Assembly (NCBI GenBank): GCA_039029455.1
Contig: JBCCGE010000002.1
Coordinates: 38,066 to 102,065 of the forward strand
Direction: 5' to 3'
Origin: Pseudomonadota bacterium
Lineage (GTDB): Bacteria > Pseudomonadota > Gammaproteobacteria > Arenicellales > Poriferihabitantaceae
Length of the DNA stretch: 64,000 nt
Part shown: in pieces, positions 39,927 through 51,134 of the stretch
Position numbering within the stretch: position 1 is the first letter of the stretch
Layout: each line of letters starts with the position of its first letter
Translations under genes and position numbers: made by a program
The notes under the pieces: model-generated
The model's database searches: none
What the model was told of the DNA's origin: nothing
Seen by the model: only the letters and a program-made list of their open reading frames with translations

Positions 39927-40775
39927 TTGTTCGGAAAGCAACGTTTTCGGCGCCGCATCTATAGTTTCAACGGTCAATATCGGTTCGTCGCGTCTGATTG
40001 GAAACAATCGCTGCAAAATTGTGAGCTTGCAGAAACGGGCCAGTGGTGCGACCTGAAACCGGCGGATGTGGTTCTCGAGACGGACACCACCCAGGTTTAC
40101 CGCGTTCCGACCGATTCGGGCGTGGTTTACTTCAAACGCTATTCGGTCGCTCCGGGTGGAAAAAACTACCTCATGCGACCCTCTCGTGGGGCGTGCGAAT
40201 GGGCCGGGCTGCATGCGCTGGACCGGGCGGGCCTGCCTGTACCAAAGCTCGTGGCGTTCGGAGAGGATCGGTCGCTGGGCAGGTTGACAGGCGCATACAT
40301 AGTTACCGCTGAGATAGAGGGTGCGGTTAATCTCGAGGAATACGCCATCCGTCACTGGTACGGATTGACTGCACAGCACAAGCGTCAGGTTTTTTACAAG
40401 ATACGCGACCAGGTGTTCAATCTGGTCAAAAAATCACACCAAAGCCATCTGTATCACAGAGATCTTTTTTGGCGAAATATTCTGATTCGTTGCAGTGGCG
40501 ATGACTACGAATTGTGGTTTATTGATTGTCCGAGATTGCTCAGAACGAGGCTCAGGGCCGGACATTCCAGAATGACTGATCTCTCCTGTCTGGCCCGGGC
40601 CTCTTTGAGTTTTATCAATCGTTCGGAGCGATTCCGGGCGCTGACGGATTTTTTCGATGGGGACGCCAAGCGTGCGAGAGCACTATTCCGGGAAATACAG
40701 TCCCATCACGACCGCTCTCGCCACCCGCCAAAGGTGTTCAATCCGGGCGATCTAGACCCTCAGACAGACCGATAA
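39927..40775 (+). CDS. LPS kinase (WaaP/InaA family)
   Basis: VYFKRY, EW..L, HRDLFWRNIL, FIDCPR. Confidence 0.8.
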   Translation: MFGKQRFRRRIYSFNGQYRFVASDWKQSLQNCELAETGQWCDLKPADVVLETDTTQVYRVPTDSGVVYFKRYSVAPGGKNYLMRPSRGACEWAGLHALDRAGLPVPKLVAFGEDRSLGRLTGAYIVTAEIEGAVNLEEYAIRHWYGLTAQHKRQVFYKIRDQVFNLVKKSHQSHLYHRDLFWRNILIRCSGDDYELWFIDCPRLLRTRLRAGHSRMTDLSCLARASLSFINRSERFRALTDFFDGDAKRARALFREIQSHHDRSRHPPKVFNPGDLDPQTDR

Positions 40776-40856
40776 AGTTGATAAAGACGGGTATCGACTG
40801 TATATTCCGGGCGCTTAATTTTTAGACCAGAATTCCTAATTTCGGAGCAATTCCAA

Positions 40857-42866
<2,010 letters not shown>

Positions 42867-42885
42867 TTCCTCTTCGAGTGATGCG

Positions 42886-42912
42886 AAAAACCCCGCCTCG
42901 GCGGGGTTTTTT
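42886..42912. terminator. Bidirectional rho-independent terminator
   Basis: AAAAA-CCCCGC-ctcg-GCGGGG-TTTTTT between convergent genes. Confidence 0.85.
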
Positions 42913-44189
42913 CATGGCTTTTCGGATGGGCTTGACGCGACCCCGGGCTGATTCAGGAGTGATCGGATGTGGGTCTCTTCACGTTGATTTCGACAATGTC
43001 CCAGAGCTGTGGTCAGGCTGTCTTCTGCGGCCTTGAAGTCTGACAGATCGAGCTGCAGTCGACCTTTGGTCAGATGGTATGGAAGATATTCATTGAGCGG
43101 ATCAGGATCAACGAATTTGCATAAATAGTCGTAGGCTTGTTCGGGCGAGTCCGCATAGCGTATTGCCACGCACAGATTCAAGTGAACGACCGGGGTGTCC
43201 GTGTGTCGCAGCAGCTCCAGATAGAGCATCTTGATCTGCTGCCAGTCGGTTTCCTCGAATGAGGGCGCATGGCAATGCAGAGCGCTGATCGCTGCCTGTA
43301 TCTGATAGGGTCCTGGTCTGCCGCGCATCAAAACGCCTCTCAGAACGCGGTCTGCAGTCGTTATTTTTGCCCGATCCCATGCCGATCGGTTTTGTGAATG
43401 CATTTCAATTGTGTGACCGTCGATGCTCTGGCGCGCAGATTCGCGCGCCTGATGGAAATACATCAGCGCCAACAGTCCTCTTGGCTCAGTCTCCAACGGC
43501 ATCAGTTGGCACAACATTCGGGCCAGAAATACGGCTTCTTCGCACAATGAGGTATCAATGAGCCTGTCTTCTGAGATTGAGTAATAGCCTTCGTTGAACA
43601 CGAAGTAAATCACCGCCAGAACGTCATCCAGACGGTTTAAAGGGATGGCACCGCTGTCGTCAGAAAATGAAATTCCCGATTTTCGAATTTTGCGCTTGGC
43701 GCGAACGATTCGCTGAGCCATTGTCGTTTCCTTTTGTAGAAATACCGCCGCAATCTGACGAGTGCTCAGACCGCAGAGCGATTTCAGTGTCAAAGCAACC
43801 CTCATTGATGACTCCAGCGCAGGGTGGCAGCACATAAAAATCAAGCCCAGCCGTTCGTCCTTAAACTCTGTTCGATCATCTCTTCCATCGACATTGTTGT
43901 CTGGACCGGGTATTTCATCGAATTCCAGCTGTCCTGAACTCCTGAAGTCTTTGCGAAGATGGTCGGTGATGCAATTCCGTGCCACCGTTATCAGCCAGCT
44001 GTTTTCATTGCGTGGTTTGCCACCCTTCGGCCATTTTTCAGCGGCACGGGTCATTGCTTCCTGCAGACCATCCTCAGCCAGATCAAAATCACCGCAAAAT
44101 TTGACCAGCGACGCCAGCAGTTTGCCGTAATTTTGTCGGGCAGCGCGATCCAGCGCTGCCCGATCCTGAGTTTGGTCGATGCCTGTCAA
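42912..44189 (-). CDS. ECF sigma factor with C-terminal TPR extension (ECF42-like)
   Basis: AED.LQEA, WLITVARN, LIFMCCHPAL, VIYFVFNEGY, GPYQIQAAISALH; preceded by DGPF genes. Confidence 0.88.
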   Translation of the reverse strand: MTGIDQTQDRAALDRAARQNYGKLLASLVKFCGDFDLAEDGLQEAMTRAAEKWPKGGKPRNENSWLITVARNCITDHLRKDFRSSGQLEFDEIPGPDNNVDGRDDRTEFKDERLGLIFMCCHPALESSMRVALTLKSLCGLSTRQIAAVFLQKETTMAQRIVRAKRKIRKSGISFSDDSGAIPLNRLDDVLAVIYFVFNEGYYSISEDRLIDTSLCEEAVFLARMLCQLMPLETEPRGLLALMYFHQARESARQSIDGHTIEMHSQNRSAWDRAKITTADRVLRGVLMRGRPGPYQIQAAISALHCHAPSFEETDWQQIKMLYLELLRHTDTPVVHLNLCVAIRYADSPEQAYDYLCKFVDPDPLNEYLPYHLTKGRLQLDLSDFKAAEDSLTTALGHCRNQREETHIRSLLNQPGVASSPSEKP

Positions 44190-44198
44190 GACGTGCGA

Positions 44199-44555
44199 CT
44201 ACTCTGCGGGCAGGGTCATAATGGGCCTGATCTCAACACTGCCGAAGCGGGCAGAGGGAATCTTGCAGGCCCATTCGATTGCTTCGTCGAGGTTTTGACA
44301 CTCCAGCAAATAGTATCCGCCCAAAACCTCTTTGGTCTCGGCGAACGGGCCGTCGGTGATATCCACTTTGCCCTCCCTGACGCGCACCGTTGTTGCCGTA
44401 TCGACGTCCTCAAGCGCATCGCCAGCGACAAAAGCCTGACGGTCCTGAGTCTCACGCGTAAAGGCGAAATATTCGCCCATAAACTCCGCGAAATCCTCAT
44501 CACCGGGCTGTGGTCCAGCGTTTTGTGCGCTGTAGATCATTAAAAGGTATTGCAT
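44199..44555 (-). CDS. YciI/DGPF family protein
   Basis: MQYLLMIY, TDGPFAETKEVLGGYY, VEIRPI. Confidence 0.9.
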   Translation of the reverse strand: MQYLLMIYSAQNAGPQPGDEDFAEFMGEYFAFTRETQDRQAFVAGDALEDVDTATTVRVREGKVDITDGPFAETKEVLGGYYLLECQNLDEAIEWACKIPSARFGSVEIRPIMTLPAE

Positions 44556-44872
44556 CAATCCATCTCCACAATCGGTGCAACTTCGATAGAGCCTCCCGAC
44601 TCTCGTATCGGGCAACCCTGAGCCATGTCCAGAGCGGCTTCGATGGTGTCGGCCTGCAGAAGACTGTATCCGCTTGCTGGATTCGCACCGCCATGATCGT
44701 CCACAGAGCCGTTGCTATTGACTGTTTTGGAGAGCCCTACGGGATTGCCACCATCGATCACGGCAGAGCCGAGTCCGTCAAACCAGCTGTGCCACTTTGC
44801 CATCATGAGAGCAGCTTCTTCTTCAGTTTCCGGCATTGAGCCGCCGTGGTATACAAAGATAAATTTTGTCAT
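44555..44872 (-). CDS. YciI family protein
   Basis: MTKFIFVYHGG, W..WF..LG, SGYSLL.A, GCPI..GGSIEV; TGATG coupling to next gene. Confidence 0.82.
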   Translation of the reverse strand: MTKFIFVYHGGSMPETEEEAALMMAKWHSWFDGLGSAVIDGGNPVGLSKTVNSNGSVDDHGGANPASGYSLLQADTIEAALDMAQGCPIRESGGSIEVAPIVEMD

Positions 44873-44964
44873 TTGGATCGTCCTCATAAGTTAATGTGTC
44901 GGCAGGATTTTCCTGCAGTCTGACTGCCAGCATCCACGACGGAATGAGCAATCATTATAGGGTA

Positions 44965-44991
44965 GACGTTACGAGGGGCGTATTTTCGACA
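44965..44991 (-). promoter_or_regulatory. Candidate ECF42 autoregulatory promoter
   Basis: Minus strand TGTCGA-N17-CGTC about 90 nt upstream of the yciI-yciI-sigma operon; matches the TGTCGA / CG(A/T)C motif I recall for ECF42. Confidence 0.6.
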
Positions 44992-45255
44992 GACTGTCGA
45001 AAAAAAATCATTGAAACTGATCTAATGCTGAAAATTCGGCGCTGCACCGGGTCTCAGAGCGACTCAACCGCCGCCCGAAATTGAGCCAAATACTATCCAA
45101 AGCGCTCGCGAGTCAGATAGCAAGGGCAAATCCTTATGCTGAGGGGCAGAGTGAGTTCGAAAGACCAGCCCGAAAGTTTTAGGAAGCTCCGGACTTGGAG
45201 GACGAACTCCCTGAGCGGGTGGTCACAACAGGCCCGCCTCCACGAAATATTCGAG

Positions 45256-46515
45256 CTAGAGTGCAAACTCATCTTTGAGTTTTTTCTTCACCGGAACATT
45301 TTTCAAAGTTATGTAGTCCGGCAATCCGTTGCGATAGGGTGGATAATCTTCCCCGTGCATCAGCGGTGCCAGATAGGTTCGACATGAATTTGTGATACTA
45401 AAGCCGTTCTTGCTGATAAACCGTTTTGGCATCATTTTTTCGACGTTGGCCACACGACTTAATTTCGCCACACCAATTTTCCATCGGTAAGGCTTGTTAC
45501 TGATGCGCACTATTGTTGGCATGATGGCGTTTTCGCCTTTGAGCGCAAGCTCGACGGCTGCCTTCCCCGTTGCATAGGCCTGGTCGACGTCAGTTTTTGA
45601 CGCAATATGGCGCGCTGCACGCTGCATATAATCGGCGACTCCCCAGTGAAATTTGTATCCCAGATCGTTTTTAATCATATTTGCAACTACGGGCGCAACG
45701 CCGCCGAGTTGCGCGTGACCGAAGGCGTCCACCAGTCCCTGATCAGAGAGAAACTTACCTCGGTGGTCGCGTACACCCTCTGAAACCACCACTGAAACGT
45801 AGCCGTATTGATTAACCTTGCGTTTGACTTCGGTCATAAATTTGCGTCGGTTAAATGCGATTTCCGGAAACAGCACGATAATCGGAATGTCATTTTTATC
45901 GTCTGCTGCCATCGCACCGGCCGCAGCGATCCAGCCGGCATGGCGCCCCATAACCTCCAGGACGAACACTTTGGTCGAAGTCTTAGCCATCGAAGCGACG
46001 TCAAAACTGGCTTCTCGCGTTGAAATAGCAATGTATTTTGCGACCGAACCAAAACCAGGACAGTTGTCTGTCACGGGTAGATCGTTGTCCACGGTTTTTG
46101 GAATATGAATTGCCTGAATTGGAAAGCCCATGGTTTTAGAGAGCTGGGATACCTTCAGGCAGGTGTCCGCGGAATCGCCACCGCCGTTGTAAAAAAAATA
46201 CCCGATATTGTGAGCTGCAAAGACGTCAATCAGGCGTTGGTATTCACGCTTGTTCTCTTCGAGTCCCTTTAATTTGTATCGACACGACCCGAAAGCACCC
46301 GACGGTGTGTGTCTCAATGCACGTATTGCCTTTGCGGTTTCTTTTGATGTATCGATCAGATCTTCTGTAAGGGCTCCGATTATCCCGTTTCGTCCGGCAT
46401 ATACCTTGCCAATTCGATCCCTGTGGGCACGGGCTGTTTCAATGACTCCGGCTGCGCTGGCATTGATTACGGCGGTTACCCCTCCGGACTGAGCGTAAAA
46501 AGCGTTCTTTTTCAT
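45256..46515 (-). CDS. pfp: 6-phosphofructokinase, PPi-dependent type
   Basis: QSGG, GGGDS (Asp at the G/D specificity site), PKTVDND, EVMGRHAGW. Confidence 0.88.
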   Translation of the reverse strand: MKKNAFYAQSGGVTAVINASAAGVIETARAHRDRIGKVYAGRNGIIGALTEDLIDTSKETAKAIRALRHTPSGAFGSCRYKLKGLEENKREYQRLIDVFAAHNIGYFFYNGGGDSADTCLKVSQLSKTMGFPIQAIHIPKTVDNDLPVTDNCPGFGSVAKYIAISTREASFDVASMAKTSTKVFVLEVMGRHAGWIAAAGAMAADDKNDIPIIVLFPEIAFNRRKFMTEVKRKVNQYGYVSVVVSEGVRDHRGKFLSDQGLVDAFGHAQLGGVAPVVANMIKNDLGYKFHWGVADYMQRAARHIASKTDVDQAYATGKAAVELALKGENAIMPTIVRISNKPYRWKIGVAKLSRVANVEKMMPKRFISKNGFSITNSCRTYLAPLMHGEDYPPYRNGLPDYITLKNVPVKKKLKDEFAL

Positions 46516-46563
46516 ATTGGTTTTGTCGAAATATTAATTGCCTGAACAGCGGGTGGACGCCGT

Positions 46564-46863
46564 TCAGGTAAGAGCCAGCATGTCGACAATGCATTCGTGC
46601 AGGGATACAAAGCCGTTATTTTGGTGTTCGAACTGTTCATGGGGTGTGTAAAAGAAGCGTCCTCGAAATCGACCGCTTGCTGTTTTTGTCACCATGAAAT
46701 TGGTCTCGGCCACGTGCCAGCTGATGGCCGTGGCGCTATTGCCAGGGGTTACCGGCCGTTTCCGATTCGCCAGATGAATTGCAATATCTCTGCCAAAATA
46801 TGATCGCAATGTGCTGCGGGCAGTGTCCAGTTCTTCATCGGTGAAATCAGCATTTAGCGGCAT
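46564..46863 (-). CDS. Hypothetical protein (99 aa)
   Basis: Fills gap upstream of pfp; protein-like composition (DFTDEEL..STL..YFG, W....NF...KT...RF...FFY). Confidence 0.55.
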   Translation of the reverse strand: MPLNADFTDEELDTARSTLRSYFGRDIAIHLANRKRPVTPGNSATAISWHVAETNFMVTKTASGRFRGRFFYTPHEQFEHQNNGFVSLHECIVDMLALT

Positions 46864-46986
46864 CTGTTGCCCATAAAACGGATCGGTCGCGGATTCTACA
46901 CGCCAATCGGGAACCTCGCCATTGACGCGGGGGCTGCCTGGTGGTTTGTTGCCCGGGCCCAGATCTATGGTAACGCACTGAAAATG

Positions 46987-47015
46987 TTGAAATTACCGCG
47001 TAAACAAGGTAGATT
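46987..47015 (+). promoter_or_regulatory. Candidate sigma70 promoter of rpmH operon
   Basis: TTGAAA-N17-TAGATT about 75 nt upstream of the rpmH ATG. Confidence 0.45.
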
Positions 47016-47089
47016 CCGCAACCCTTTTGGCTAGAGGTCAGGTGCGGACAGAGTCCGGTTATCTGGCGACATTTCGATCGGTAGCAACC

Positions 47090-47224
47090 ATGAAACGTAC
47101 ATTTCAACCCAGTGAATTGAAGCGCAAAAGAACGCACGGATTTCGCGCGCGAATGGCAACGCGTGGCGGTCGAGCGGTCATCAACGCTCGGCGTGCCAAA
47201 GGTCGAGCTCGACTGAGCGCCTGA
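47090..47224 (+). CDS. rpmH: 50S ribosomal protein L34
   Basis: [33 protein letters not shown]. Confidence 0.98.
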   Translation: MKRTFQPSELKRKRTHGFRARMATRGGRAVINARRAKGRARLSA

Positions 47225-47333
47225 TTCGGCTGCACGCGCCCCAAGACAGCAGTCGGCCAGTGCACTGAGCGCTCGCTGTGCTTTTGTCTCGACCTTTGAC
47301 GGCAACTCTGATGAGGTCGCATGAATCAGTCTG

Positions 47334-47693
47334 ATGCCGCATCGATACAGCTTCCATCGCGACATGAGACTGCGGACATCCACGCAGTTCAAAAACGTAT
47401 TTGATCGCAGGTGCTCGATTCACGGAAAGTTTATCAGCGTGCACGGTGTGCAAAACCCTGACGGTTTGGTCCGTCTGGGATTGGCGGTATCACGCAAAGT
47501 CAGCAAACGGGCTGTCGACCGCAATCGCGTAAAACGCCTGATCCGCGAATCGTTCCGTCACTGCCGGAATAAGCTGAGCGCTACAGACTTTGTGGTCGTC
47601 GCAAAACCCTCAGCGTGCGCTGCGTTACCGATTGATGTTCGCGAGGAGCTGGATGGGCTTTGGCACGAGGTTCAACGGCGATGCGAACGTTAG
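47334..47693 (+). CDS. rnpA: Ribonuclease P protein component
   Basis: RLGLAVSRKV.KRAVDRNRVKRLIRESFR (RNR motif). Confidence 0.95.
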   Translation: MPHRYSFHRDMRLRTSTQFKNVFDRRCSIHGKFISVHGVQNPDGLVRLGLAVSRKVSKRAVDRNRVKRLIRESFRHCRNKLSATDFVVVAKPSACAALPIDVREELDGLWHEVQRRCER

Positions 47694-47917
47694 TTCTGTT
47701 ACTGCTTAAGGTCTATAAATTCGCCGTCAGCCCGTTTCTGGGAAGTCATTGTCGCTTCCAGCCAACCTGCTCGGAGTATGCGATGGAATCGATTGAGCGA
47801 TTTGGATTACGACATGGCACGGTTTTAACGGTAAAACGATTATTGAGGTGCCGGCCTGGGTGTAAACCCGGGTATGATCCGGTTCCGGAAAATGAGAACC
47901 CGAACCAAAGGGCGTAG
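47681..47917 (+). CDS. yidD: Membrane protein insertion efficiency factor
   Basis: SP..G..CRFQPTCSEYA, RLLRC.P..GYDPVP. Confidence 0.93.
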   Translation: MRTLVLLLLKVYKFAVSPFLGSHCRFQPTCSEYAMESIERFGLRHGTVLTVKRLLRCRPGCKPGYDPVPENENPNQRA

Positions 47918-47965
47918 ATAAGATCCTTCGGGTCACCAGATTACGACTAACAAATTTTATATTTT

Positions 47966-49660
47966 TTGATGGATATCCAACGATTGATTTTGCTCGGTGC
48001 ACTGGGTCTGGTGCTGATGATGATTTGGCAATCATGGATAGAGTTTCAGAGTGAGTATGCTGGAGGTGTCGGACAGGGCGGTAACACAATCAGCGCGACC
48101 TCTGATGTACCGCAGACATCCAACCTGACAGAAGACGTCCCGGATGCGCCATTGATTACTCAAGAGGCGACTGATGGGGTTCAGTCGATAGAGGATGACG
48201 TGGTGTCGAATACCGACGACACCGCTCTTATTGATGTAAAAACAGATTTGGTCAAACTGCAAATTGACCCTGAAGGCGGTGACATAGTCAGGGTTGAACT
48301 GGTGAAACATCCTGTCAGTGTGGATATGCCGGATGAGCCGTTTGTCCTGATGAGTCGAAACAACGTCGATTTGTTTGTAGCCCAAAGCGGCCTGATCGGA
48401 AGTGACAGGGAATATCCGAATCACAATACCAGCTATACAACCGAGGCCTTCAGTTATGAAATGGGCGGCGACGATCAGCTGATCGTTCCCCTGCGCTGGC
48501 GAGGGGTTGATGGGATTGAGTATCTCAAGGAGTTTCGTTTCTCGCGGGGAAGCTATCGAATCGACGTAAGTTACACCATTGTCAACAACAGTTCATCGCC
48601 ATGGAACGGGTTCTTTTACGGACAGCTAAAGCAGACAGAACGTGAGACACCCGGGTCTCAGGGTTTTTTGGGCCGATTGCCGAGTTACAACGGGGCGGCT
48701 GTTTATACCGCAGAAAACAAATACGACAAAGTTGATTATGATGAGATCAGTGATGAAGCCCTGAATGCGTCTACCAGCGACGGCTGGGTTGCGATGCTGC
48801 AACACTACTTTGTCGCAGCCTGGCTTCCCCAGGGATCGGCTGCGTATCAGCTTTACACCGGGGTCAGTCGAAATACGCCCAAGCCGCAATATCGCGTCGG
48901 CTATAAGAGTACTGTTCCGGTTGTGATTGAGCCTGGACAGACCGGACAGATCGATGCGGGTTTGTTTGTCGGGCCTAAAAACCAGAAGCAGCTCGACGCA
49001 CAAAATGTTGAAGGACTCAAACTGACCGTCGACTATGGTTGGCTGACTATTGTCGCTGATCCGTTGTTTTGGCTGTTGAATAAAATACAGGAGGTCGTGA
49101 AAAACTGGGGGTGGTCGATCATATTGCTGACGGTGTTGATCAAACTGATTTTCCTGCCTCTGTCGGCGGCCAGTTACAAGTCGATGGCCAAAATGAAAAA
49201 ACTGCAGCCCAGATTGCAGACGTTGAAGGACCGATACGGCGATGACAAGCAGAAGTTTCAACAGGAGATGATGAAGCTTTACAAAACGGAAAAAGTAAAT
49301 CCCGCTGGTGGTTGCCTGCCGATCTTGATTCAGATACCCGTATTCATCGCGTTGTATTGGGTTCTGCTTGAAAGTGTTGAACTGCGGCAGGCCAACTTTA
49401 TCGGTTGGTTGAATGATTTGTCTTCACCAGACCCCTATTTCATCCTTCCACTGCTAATGGGTGCGTCCATGCTGGCGCAGCAACTATTGAATCCAGCACC
49501 CATGGATCCATTGCAGAAAAAAATAATGACGGCTTTGCCCGTTGTGTTCACAGTCTTTTTTCTCTGGTTCCCTGCAGGCTTGGTCCTTTACTGGGTAGCC
49601 AATAACCTGCTTTCCATTGCACAACAGTACTACATCACCAAAAAGTATCAGAACGAGTGA
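47966..49660 (+). CDS. yidC: Membrane protein insertase YidC
   Basis: QHYF, VDYGW, NWGWSIILLT, NPAGGCLP, GLVLYW. Confidence 0.96.
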   Translation: MMDIQRLILLGALGLVLMMIWQSWIEFQSEYAGGVGQGGNTISATSDVPQTSNLTEDVPDAPLITQEATDGVQSIEDDVVSNTDDTALIDVKTDLVKLQIDPEGGDIVRVELVKHPVSVDMPDEPFVLMSRNNVDLFVAQSGLIGSDREYPNHNTSYTTEAFSYEMGGDDQLIVPLRWRGVDGIEYLKEFRFSRGSYRIDVSYTIVNNSSSPWNGFFYGQLKQTERETPGSQGFLGRLPSYNGAAVYTAENKYDKVDYDEISDEALNASTSDGWVAMLQHYFVAAWLPQGSAAYQLYTGVSRNTPKPQYRVGYKSTVPVVIEPGQTGQIDAGLFVGPKNQKQLDAQNVEGLKLTVDYGWLTIVADPLFWLLNKIQEVVKNWGWSIILLTVLIKLIFLPLSAASYKSMAKMKKLQPRLQTLKDRYGDDKQKFQQEMMKLYKTEKVNPAGGCLPILIQIPVFIALYWVLLESVELRQANFIGWLNDLSSPDPYFILPLLMGASMLAQQLLNPAPMDPLQKKIMTALPVVFTVFFLWFPAGLVLYWVANNLLSIAQQYYITKKYQNE

Positions 49661-50999
49661 ATCTCCGGGCGGCGGTTCAGATGTTGATACTATTGTCGCT
49701 GCAGCGACGCCGACGGGTCGAGGTGGTGTAAGCATCCTGCGCCTGTCAGGTAGTCTGGCTGGGGATATCTGTCGTCGTCTTACAGGCCGGTTGCCGTCTC
49801 CACGCGAAGCTCGGCTGTGCCGCTTTCTGGATTCCGATCAACAGGAACTCGATCGCGGACTTACGCTGTATTTTCCCGCGCCAAGCAGTTTTACCGGAGA
49901 GGATGTGGTCGAGCTGCACTGTCATGGAAGTCCTGTGGTGGTTGAACTGATGACCCGTCGATGTGTGTCTCTCGGGGCGCGAATCGCGCGGCCAGGTGAG
50001 TTCAGTGAGCGCGCCTTCCTCAACGATCGAATGGACCTTGCGCAGGCGGAAGCTGTTGCGGACTTAATTGAAGCCAGTACAGAAGCGGCCGCAAAGTCTG
50101 CAGTCAACTCGTTGAGGGGTGAATTTTCCAGACGTATAGAATCCCTCGTCACTCAGGTAACGAATTTGCGCATTTACGTCGAGGCGGCGATTGATTTTCC
50201 CGATGAGGAGGTCGATTTCCTGTCTGACGATTCAGTCAAACAACGTATTCAGGAGATAGACCTGGAGTTTTCAGGTATCGAATCGGCATCGCGACGAGGG
50301 AAGATTTTGCGGGAGGGCTATCGTGTGGTTCTGGCAGGTATGCCAAATGCGGGTAAATCGAGCTTGCTGAACCGTCTCAGTCGTGAGGACCGCGCAATCG
50401 TCAGTGATATCCCGGGGACTACGAGAGATACAGTTGAGCAACTGATTGATCTTGACGGACTGCCGGTGTTGCTGACCGATACGGCCGGCATCCGTGAAAG
50501 CTGTGATACTGTCGAAGAAGAGGGCGTGCGACGGGCACGATCGGCCATCGATGAAGCTGACCTGATCGTTCATGTTATCGATGGCAGCAATCCGCAAATG
50601 AATCTGTTGCCGGAGTTTGGCTCTAGGCGCGCTATCAGCGTGGTAAACAAAATCGATCTGGACAAGAGTCTGGCGCTGTCAGATGAGTCTGAATACATTG
50701 GGGTTTCAGCACTTACAGGAGAGGGCCTTGAGTGTCTTATAGGGGCCATCAAGCGGTGTGCGGATTTTCATCACGGTGATACAAGTTATGTAATTTCCAG
50801 GCAACGCCATGTACAGGCTATTGAAAAAGCCAGAGAGCATTTTAATGAAGGCGTGGAGCAGCTCTCCGAATGGCAGGCCGGAGAATTATTTGCAGAAGAG
50901 CTTTCGGCATGTCAGTCGTGTTTGGGGGAGATCACGGGTCAGATCACCAGTGATGACTTGCTTGGGCTTATTTTTGGCTCTTTTTGCATCGGCAAGTAA
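49617..50999 (+). CDS. mnmE: tRNA modification GTPase MnmE
   Basis: SFTGEDVVE, GEFSERAFLN, GMPNAGKSS, GTTRD, C-terminal FCIGK; start uncertain. Confidence 0.96.
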   Translation: MHNSTTSPKSIRTSESPGGGSDVDTIVAAATPTGRGGVSILRLSGSLAGDICRRLTGRLPSPREARLCRFLDSDQQELDRGLTLYFPAPSSFTGEDVVELHCHGSPVVVELMTRRCVSLGARIARPGEFSERAFLNDRMDLAQAEAVADLIEASTEAAAKSAVNSLRGEFSRRIESLVTQVTNLRIYVEAAIDFPDEEVDFLSDDSVKQRIQEIDLEFSGIESASRRGKILREGYRVVLAGMPNAGKSSLLNRLSREDRAIVSDIPGTTRDTVEQLIDLDGLPVLLTDTAGIRESCDTVEEEGVRRARSAIDEADLIVHVIDGSNPQMNLLPEFGSRRAISVVNKIDLDKSLALSDESEYIGVSALTGEGLECLIGAIKRCADFHHGDTSYVISRQRHVQAIEKAREHFNEGVEQLSEWQAGELFAEELSACQSCLGEITGQITSDDLLGLIFGSFCIGK

Positions 51000-51134
51000 C
51001 CTCTTTGCAGTGCGGTTGCTGTATCTCAGCTCCTGTTATTGATATGATTTTCGTCAAAAACGTCTGTTATCCAGGATGGAGTAAGGAGCGGAGAGTCAAC
51101 AGTCCGGTCTAATGCCATAAATACATTGCGTAAT

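Noticed and set aside
45121-45150. c-di-GMP-I riboswitch (GGGCAAA plus hairpin)
   Set aside because: The downstream GACGCAAAG and P3 elements are missing and there is no suitably oriented gene.
45180-45200. RNase P or SRP RNA (AGGAAGCTCCGGAC resembles their conserved motifs)
   Set aside because: Only a short partial match; the remaining conserved elements are absent.
47308-47330. Hammerhead ribozyme core CTGATGAG
   Set aside because: No stem II followed by GAAA.
48626-49261. Long antisense ORFs (also 35047-35697, 38541-39065, 43959-44543, 62491-63126)
   Set aside because: All overlap well-supported genes on the opposite strand and show no protein motifs.
51066-51075. DnaA box or oriC after mnmE
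   Set aside because: A single TTATCCAGG with two mismatches; no box cluster or AT-rich repeats.
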